The position numbers and the translations under genes are program-made. A stretch of DNA of 32,000 nt from an uncultured Pseudomonadota bacterium (GTDB lineage Bacteria > Pseudomonadota > Gammaproteobacteria > Steroidobacterales > Woeseiaceae), in assembly GCA_913055625.1 (NCBI GenBank), contig CAJXJW010000007.1, positions 171,643-203,642 of the forward strand, given 5' to 3'. The notes under the pieces were generated by a model. That model was not told the DNA's origin and did not search any database. It saw only the letters and a program-made list of their open reading frames with translations. Below are positions 26,534-32,000 of the stretch, piece by piece (positions within the stretch are counted from its first letter, which is position 1; each line of letters starts with the position of its first letter).

Positions 26534-28227
26534 CGGCAACGTCGAAAACCGAAGGCGGATCGCCGGTGCCGAAATCAGTGCCGAACAACAACCTGTCGGG
26601 GGTGCCGTTGTTCAAGGTCAAGCTCGAACTGGCACGTATGGTGCTGTCGATGAACCGGCTTGCGCAGGATTGCGCACTCGAGCCGAAAGTTCAGGCGAGT
26701 ATTCCCAGGCCGATGGACGTCGTGCGACTGCCACTGGAAGAGCTGGGCCGGAAATCGGAGAAGTTCGCCCGCGCGATGGCCCGGTCGCGCCCGGATTTTG
26801 AGAGTCATTTCCGGGACAACCAGAACCAGGCGATTGTCATGGCGTGGCAGATGGCGAACATCGCGGCCGGTTGCGAAAGAACGCGCTACGAGTATGCGTG
26901 CGCGTGCCTGCGTGCGCACCGTCAGGGCACCGGGTACGCGATCCTCAAGGCGCTCGCAGAGGCCGAGGACAGCAAGTCGAAGTTCGTCACCGCCGCCAGG
27001 AAACGGATCGCAAGGCTGGCCTGGAAGTCGGGGGATACCGAGGTTGCGCTGCGCGCCATGAGGTCGCAGCGTGGGCGGGCGGCGCGCGCCCAGTACCGCT
27101 CGTGGCTAGGCATCTCGACCGTGCGCGACGGCCTGTTGATGGCCGAGGCGGGCGATATCGACAGTGCCCGACTGGTCTTGGCCGGGGGCTTGCGTGCGAA
27201 CGGCATGGACGACGAGGTGGCCGATGCCGTCGCAGCGGTCTATCTCAAGGCATCGTCGCTGAACGGTGAGTTCGACGTGCCGGCCCTCGTCGCGGAGGGC
27301 CAGGCGGCCGAGGCAGACCCGCCTGGCGCGCCATTGCCCATCATCCTGTCCGGGTTCGGCTGGTCCGGCTCCGGCGCCGTCGCCGATTTCCTGACCGGAC
27401 ATTCGGACGTCGTCGACGTGTTCGCGGGTCGGGAGATGGGGCTGTGGACGGGAAAGTACGGTCTCGATCGCCTCTACGCTCACTTCCATGCGAGAGGCTA
27501 CAATCGGCGCTTGCTGCTCGAGTTCCTCACCCGCCACTGTTTCGGGCACCGCTTCCTGGGTGACAGCAAAGGCACCAAGAGCCTGGGTGGCATGTGGGCC
27601 TGGCTGGACGATGCGCAGAAGCGCCGACATCTCGCCCAACTCTGGGCATGGCTCGATGCCATCGCTCGCTGGCACGAAGATCCGGAATGCGCGCTGCTCG
27701 ACGCGTTCCAGGCGTTCTCGATGGGATTCCTGTCGTTGCTGGAGGGGCGCGAGGGCAGCAAGGTGTTCCTGTCGAACTGCATTCCATCGGACTCGATCGC
27801 CGGCATACGAATGTTTCGCGAGCCGGTCGTCATCGTCTCCTGGCGGGATCCGGGCGACGCGTACGCGTCCAAGTCCGCCGCTTTTCCCGATACCTCGCTG
27901 ACGTTCGAAGGCTGGCGATCGCAGTTGACGCGCCGCATCGACCGGTACCTGTCGGGCAAACGGGAAGTCGCCGACTGTGCCAGTGTCTGGCTGGACGTGT
28001 CGTTCGAAGAGTTCGTCCGGGACGCACGCTCGCGAGAGCGGTTGCTGGAGAGGCTCCAACTCGACAGTGCGGCGATGCAGTCGACCTTTGATCCCGCAGT
28101 CTCCGCGCGCAATATCGGCATTCATGAGCCGGGGGCGGGTGCTGCCCGCACAGGCTGGATTGAGCTTGCGCGTGCGGTCGCCGAATCGCGGCAAGTGGCG
28201 CAATCGATCGGGGCAGACCGGGACTGA
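26530..28227 (+). CDS. Two-domain protein: N-terminal alpha-helical region plus C-terminal sulfotransferase-fold domain
   Basis: The C-terminal half carries the loop 'PIILSGFGWSGSGAVADFL', 'VVIVSWRDPGDAYASKS' (RDPxD..S, a 3'-phosphate-binding-like motif) and 'VSFEEFVRDARSRERLLERLQLD'. The N-terminal ~270 aa are Ala/Arg-rich and look helical. The GTG 26530 start (GTGA overlap with the Stealth-1 stop) is inferred; a later ATG near 26638 is possible. Confidence 0.5.
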   Translation: MTATSKTEGGSPVPKSVPNNNLSGVPLFKVKLELARMVLSMNRLAQDCALEPKVQASIPRPMDVVRLPLEELGRKSEKFARAMARSRPDFESHFRDNQNQAIVMAWQMANIAAGCERTRYEYACACLRAHRQGTGYAILKALAEAEDSKSKFVTAARKRIARLAWKSGDTEVALRAMRSQRGRAARAQYRSWLGISTVRDGLLMAEAGDIDSARLVLAGGLRANGMDDEVADAVAAVYLKASSLNGEFDVPALVAEGQAAEADPPGAPLPIILSGFGWSGSGAVADFLTGHSDVVDVFAGREMGLWTGKYGLDRLYAHFHARGYNRRLLLEFLTRHCFGHRFLGDSKGTKSLGGMWAWLDDAQKRRHLAQLWAWLDAIARWHEDPECALLDAFQAFSMGFLSLLEGREGSKVFLSNCIPSDSIAGIRMFREPVVIVSWRDPGDAYASKSAAFPDTSLTFEGWRSQLTRRIDRYLSGKREVADCASVWLDVSFEEFVRDARSRERLLERLQLDSAAMQSTFDPAVSARNIGIHEPGAGAARTGWIELARAVAESRQVAQSIGADRD

Positions 28228-28308
28228 CATGCGTGGAGCGGCAACGTCTGGCGGGGCGACCCGCTACAACCGGTCTGACGTCAAACCAATTACAGCAAAC
28301 CAGGACAA

Positions 28309-29940
28309 GTGCACGTGGCTCGTTTTTCTTCCGTCATAGTACCCCTGCGATCGCGGATTGCCGCGCTCATCGCGAAACATTCCCCGGATCGGTACAAGCG
28401 CATCATCGAGAACCGACATCCGGGGGTTCTCGTGGTCGGGGACCCGATGAGCGATGTCAGGAGCCTGAAGGAGCGGGCCGCCGAGCAACTCCTGCACTCG
28501 CTCGAGCAGGTGGGACTGCCGGTGCTGGCGAAAATCGACGACCGCAACTGCTGGATCGTGCTTGCCGGCACCGGTGACGACGAGGATGACGTCGAGCGGC
28601 TGGTCGGTGAACTGATCGATGCCGGCATGCGGATCTCCGTGGCGATGCGGGGACGCCGCACCAAGAGGATTTCGAGCCGGGAACGGCTTCAGAGGCTGAA
28701 GCAGAACAAACCGCTGGACATCCTGTCGATCCGGGCGGGCTTCGTCTGGATGCGAAATCGCGGCTACAAACAGGTCGGCTGGCACGCCGCGGTACGCGTA
28801 CATTTCTACGACTGGAATACCGAACACAAGTCGTTCGTCGCACGCAGGGCCGGGAACCTGCCGCCGATGATCGATGATCTCGGGCAAGAAAAGTCCCGGA
28901 TAACGGGTCTTTGCCGGCCCGAGACCCGGCTGGACAAAGTGCGGTTTCCGATCGACGTGGTGTACACCTGGGTCGACGGCAACGACCCCCGGTGGAACGA
29001 GAAGCGCAATCGGCGTGCCGCCGAGATGGGCCGCGACCTGCATCGGGTATCCAACAGCCAGACGCGCTATATCAACCGTGACGAACTGCGCTATTCGCTG
29101 CGTTCCCTTTATTACTACGCGCCGTGGATTCGCAAGATATACCTCGTGACGGATGACCAGGTTCCGGACTGGCTGAACGCCGACAATGACCTGTTGCAGG
29201 TGATCGACCATAAGGACCTGTTTCCCGAGCATGCATCGCTGCCGACGTTCAACAGTCACGCAATCGAATCCGTGTTGCACAGAATTCCGGGGCTTTCGGA
29301 ACAGTTCCTGTACATGAACGACGACGTATTCTTCTCGTCCGTCGTGCACCCGGAATCGTTCTTCGAGGTGAGCGGTATTGCGCGGACGTTCCTGAGCCGG
29401 TCGATGATTCCGTTCTGCAACGAGAACCGCTCCGAGATCGCGTCGGAGTGGGGCGCGATGAACGCGAACGACCTCATCGTCGAGAAGTTCGGTGCCATGA
29501 TGCCGTACAAGACCAAGCACACGCCGCTTGCGTTGCGCCGGTCCTTGTTGCAGGACTTGGAAGACCAGTTCCGGGTGCATTTCGAGCGCCTGCGCAGCAC
29601 GCCGTTTCGCACCGCCAACGACCTTGCGCCGACCTCCACCCTGCACGCGTACTTCGGGCTGGCCAAAGGCTACGTCGTTCGCAGCGACATCGCCTATCGC
29701 TATGTCAACCTGGCGAGGCCGGATCTCAAGCGGGCGCTCGACGCCATCGCCTACAGCCGGCATTCCATGGTCTACTGCCTGAACGACACTGAGATCGAGG
29801 ATCATGCGGAGTTCGACTGGGACGCGCAGGAGTTTCACATCAAGACGTTCCTCAACATGATGTACCCGTACCAGGCGCCATGGGAGCAGCCGGAACCCGA
29901 CGATTCACCGCTGGAAACCAGCAGGACGGACGCACGATGA
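28309..29940 (+). CDS. Stealth-family hexose-1-phosphate transferase, copy 2
   Basis: 'IDVVYTWVDGNDPRW', 'NRDELRYSLRSLYYYAPWIRKIYLVTDDQVPDWL', 'LPTFNSHAIESVLHRIPGLSEQFLYMNDDVFF', 'KHTPLALRRS', 'NDLAPTSTLHAYFG'. Starts are GTG 28309 or GTG 28315. The ~215-aa N-terminal region is unassigned. Confidence 0.85.
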   Translation: MHVARFSSVIVPLRSRIAALIAKHSPDRYKRIIENRHPGVLVVGDPMSDVRSLKERAAEQLLHSLEQVGLPVLAKIDDRNCWIVLAGTGDDEDDVERLVGELIDAGMRISVAMRGRRTKRISSRERLQRLKQNKPLDILSIRAGFVWMRNRGYKQVGWHAAVRVHFYDWNTEHKSFVARRAGNLPPMIDDLGQEKSRITGLCRPETRLDKVRFPIDVVYTWVDGNDPRWNEKRNRRAAEMGRDLHRVSNSQTRYINRDELRYSLRSLYYYAPWIRKIYLVTDDQVPDWLNADNDLLQVIDHKDLFPEHASLPTFNSHAIESVLHRIPGLSEQFLYMNDDVFFSSVVHPESFFEVSGIARTFLSRSMIPFCNENRSEIASEWGAMNANDLIVEKFGAMMPYKTKHTPLALRRSLLQDLEDQFRVHFERLRSTPFRTANDLAPTSTLHAYFGLAKGYVVRSDIAYRYVNLARPDLKRALDAIAYSRHSMVYCLNDTEIEDHAEFDWDAQEFHIKTFLNMMYPYQAPWEQPEPDDSPLETSRTDAR

Positions 29941-31208
29941 GCGACGAGACTGCGCAGGGCGTGCTGCCGCCCAGGGCACTGATCTACAGCTTCCGGTTCG
30001 ATTCCGCGAAGGCCTTGCTGGCCCGCGCGGAGTTATCGGTGCCGGAAAAGCTCCGTGCCCGCCTGCTGAAGGCTGTCGAGTACAACGAAGCCAGCACCTT
30101 GCCCGTCGTAGCACCGCGGGACGCCGCCGAACCCGTGCCGGTCGGGCGCTGGTGGGAGGTCTGGCCGTCCGACACGCACCTCAGGGTCAAGGGATACGTA
30201 TCGGCGGAGTGCCTGCGCGTGGGCCTGTTCGTCAATGATCGACTGGTCAAGCTCGTCAACACGGTGCCCCGCCACGGCGACGCTCAAGGCCGGCGGGTAT
30301 TTCGGTTCAACCTGAAGTCCGACATCATGAAAGCCCTGCCGAAAAAGACGGTCATCGGCATCGGGTCGGAAGTGGGCTACCTCCGGCGCAGGAGCGGGGG
30401 ACTGTCGTACCGGGATCCTCGTTTGAACGGCACGGGCACCCTGTTCAGGAAGCTCGCTTCCGGACATTTCCTCACGAAGAAAGGCCGGCTGCAGCGACGG
30501 CTCGACGAGAACGAGGAATGGAAGGAATCGATACTCGATGCGTACACCGTGTTTCGGAAGTATTTCGAAGAGCGCTTCGATTACAAACCCTACATCATTT
30601 GTGGCACATTGCTGGGCCATCACAGGGAGGGTGACTTCATTGCGCACGATGACGATATGGACGTCGCCTATTTCTCGCGACACTCCCGGCCGGAAGACGT
30701 CCGGCAGGAAATGGCCACGATCGTTCAGGCAATGCTCGCGGACGGCTACGACATCAAGCTCGCTCGCAAGCCCGGGTTTTTCAAGCCGACGATCGGAGGG
30801 CTCTCGTTCGACGTGTTCCCGATGTGGCACGACCTGGACTGTCTCTGGATGATGAACACTACGCGCCAGCGCAGTGGGCCGGAACGAATCCTGCCGGTGT
30901 CGACGGCAAGATTTCGCGGCGTCGACGTGTACGTGCCGAACCAGATCGAGGCGTACATCGCCTCCGAGTACGGCCCGAACTGGCGGGTGCCGGATCCCGG
31001 TTACCGTTCGATCGGGGAACCGGGAACATCCGAGTACCTCTTGCGGAGCTGCCTCAGCGTCGAAGAGGTTGCCGAAATTCTGGATCGGGTTGCTGCGCTG
31101 CGGGCGGAAGGCATTTCGACGGGAAAACTGTCGGTGGCGGAACGGGACCTTCAGGCCTGGGTGGCCGGCGCAAACGACACGGACGGGACACTGGCGGACC
31201 AGCAATGA
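29937..31208 (+). CDS. LicD-family phospho(no)-group transferase with an unassigned ~190-aa N-terminal domain
   Basis: LicD core 'YIICGTLLGHHREGDFIAHDDDMDVAYFS' (30591-30665), then 'FDVFPMW' and 'YIASEYGPNWRVP'. ATG 29937 overlaps the Stealth-2 TGA (ATGA). Confidence 0.8.
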   Translation: MSDETAQGVLPPRALIYSFRFDSAKALLARAELSVPEKLRARLLKAVEYNEASTLPVVAPRDAAEPVPVGRWWEVWPSDTHLRVKGYVSAECLRVGLFVNDRLVKLVNTVPRHGDAQGRRVFRFNLKSDIMKALPKKTVIGIGSEVGYLRRRSGGLSYRDPRLNGTGTLFRKLASGHFLTKKGRLQRRLDENEEWKESILDAYTVFRKYFEERFDYKPYIICGTLLGHHREGDFIAHDDDMDVAYFSRHSRPEDVRQEMATIVQAMLADGYDIKLARKPGFFKPTIGGLSFDVFPMWHDLDCLWMMNTTRQRSGPERILPVSTARFRGVDVYVPNQIEAYIASEYGPNWRVPDPGYRSIGEPGTSEYLLRSCLSVEEVAEILDRVAALRAEGISTGKLSVAERDLQAWVAGANDTDGTLADQQ

Positions 31209-32000
31209 GCTCTTCGAGACCGATCTACTTTCACGTTGGCGCGCACAAGACCGCGACGACCTACATGCAGTCGAGGCTGCGTTCCAATCGTCAGCGCCTG
31301 CGCAACCACGGCGTCCATTTCGTGGACCTGTGGGCCAAGGCGCCGGCTCTCAAACGCTACCGCAAGCGTCTGAAGCGGCTCCTCGAGGCGCCGGCAGTCA
31401 ATGACCGGAAGCTCGGCAAACTGGCGGCTGTCCTGCGGCGGCTGGTCGATGCGGACTCGTCCGATGACAAATCCCGGATCGTTCTGTCGTACGAGAACGC
31501 GCTCGGCGGGTTCGACCTCACGCGGAGCGCGGCGCCGTACCCGCACGCAGCCGCGGCCGTCGCACACATCCGGGAGGCGTTCCCCGACCAGGATGTCAAG
31601 ATCCTGTTCTCCATACGGTCGCTGGACCGCTTCCTCGAATCGGGTTACCTGCAGAATGTGCTGTCGCGACAGGAAACACGCACGTTTGCCCGTTACCTTG
31701 GCGGGGTCGATATCGACGGCCTGAGTTGGTTGCCGGCGATCCGCGACATGGAGTCGGTGGTGGGCGCCGAAAACCTGCTGATCTGGAACTACGAGAATTT
31801 CCCGGCCAACGAGTCGACGGTGTGGGACCTGCTCCTGGGACTGGCGGATGCCGATAGCCTCCTTGTACGTCCTGCCAAGAAGAGCAACCAGTCGTTGTCC
31901 GCGAAAGGCCTGAAGTTCATGCGCCGCATCAACTCCGTCGCGACCCCGTCCGAGGCGAAGAAGTTCCGGACGTTCATCAAGGAAAACTTCGGGCCGGAGT
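31205..32000 (+). CDS. Sulfotransferase-fold protein (P-loop 'HKTATT' type); 3' end outside the window
   Basis: Not in the ORF track because there is no stop codon before the window ends. My manual translation from ATG 31205 (ATGA overlap with the LicD-like stop) is open to base 32000: 'MSSSRPIYFHVGAHKTATTYMQSRLRSN...ILFSIRSLDRFLESGY...'. 'GxHKTxTTxxQ' resembles the PAPS 5'-phosphosulfate-binding loop. Confidence 0.5.
   Translation, partial: MSSSRPIYFHVGAHKTATTYMQSRLRSNRQRLRNHGVHFVDLWAKAPALKRYRKRLKRLLEAPAVNDRKLGKLAAVLRRLVDADSSDDKSRIVLSYENALGGFDLTRSAAPYPHAAAAVAHIREAFPDQDVKILFSIRSLDRFLESGYLQNVLSRQETRTFARYLGGVDIDGLSWLPAIRDMESVVGAENLLIWNYENFPANESTVWDLLLGLADADSLLVRPAKKSNQSLSAKGLKFMRRINSVATPSEAKKFRTFIKENFGPE

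Noticed and set aside
1-32000. Search for mobile-element or defence hallmarks: transposase or integrase motifs, long terminal inverted repeats, CRISPR-like spaced repeats, tRNA genes at island borders, toxin-antitoxin pairs
   Set aside because: None were seen. The small paired ORFs at 16805 and 19190 were considered as toxin-antitoxin-like. They are paralogs of each other, each paired with a glycosyltransferase, which does not fit toxin-antitoxin logic.

Overview
High-GC chromosomal window, probably gammaproteobacterial (inferred from the mltD-methyltransferase-rnhA-dnaQ arrangement plus nhaB). I saw no tRNA, rRNA, CRISPR array, transposase or integrase. Bases 1-10.9 kb are mostly housekeeping genes: a partial GT4 glycosyltransferase, fabI, mltD, a SAM methyltransferase, rnhA, dnaQ, nhaB, then a sugar-nucleotide supply block (TviB/WbpO-type nucleotide-sugar dehydrogenase, UDP-glucuronate-4-epimerase-like SDR, pgi). 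Bases 10.9-32 kb form a dense surface-glycan locus that runs off the right edge. It holds two tandem Wzi paralogs, a GT2, a GT-B glycosyltransferase, and a diverged tandem duplication of a two-gene module (MurG-like GT-B plus a ~185-aa protein with no motif I recognise). The second module copy is split by an inverted class I methyltransferase. A minus-strand operon encodes a cytidylyltransferase-PEP mutase fusion, phosphonopyruvate decarboxylase, an iron-type alcohol dehydrogenase and a sulfotransferase. A divergent plus-strand operon encodes Stealth phosphotransferase 1, a helical-domain plus sulfotransferase-fold protein, Stealth phosphotransferase 2, a LicD-family transferase with an unknown N-terminal domain, and a further sulfotransferase-fold protein (3' end cut off). 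My reading is inference only. The locus would build a strongly anionic glycan with sugar-1-phosphate linkages, decorated with a C-P phosphonate and with sulfate. The phosphonate is probably 2-hydroxyethylphosphonate, because a reductase sits where an aminotransferase would be expected. No Wza/Wzc, Wzx/Wzy or KpsMT export genes and no PAPS-synthesis genes are in the window. All calls rest on motifs read by eye from the translations; no database search was possible.
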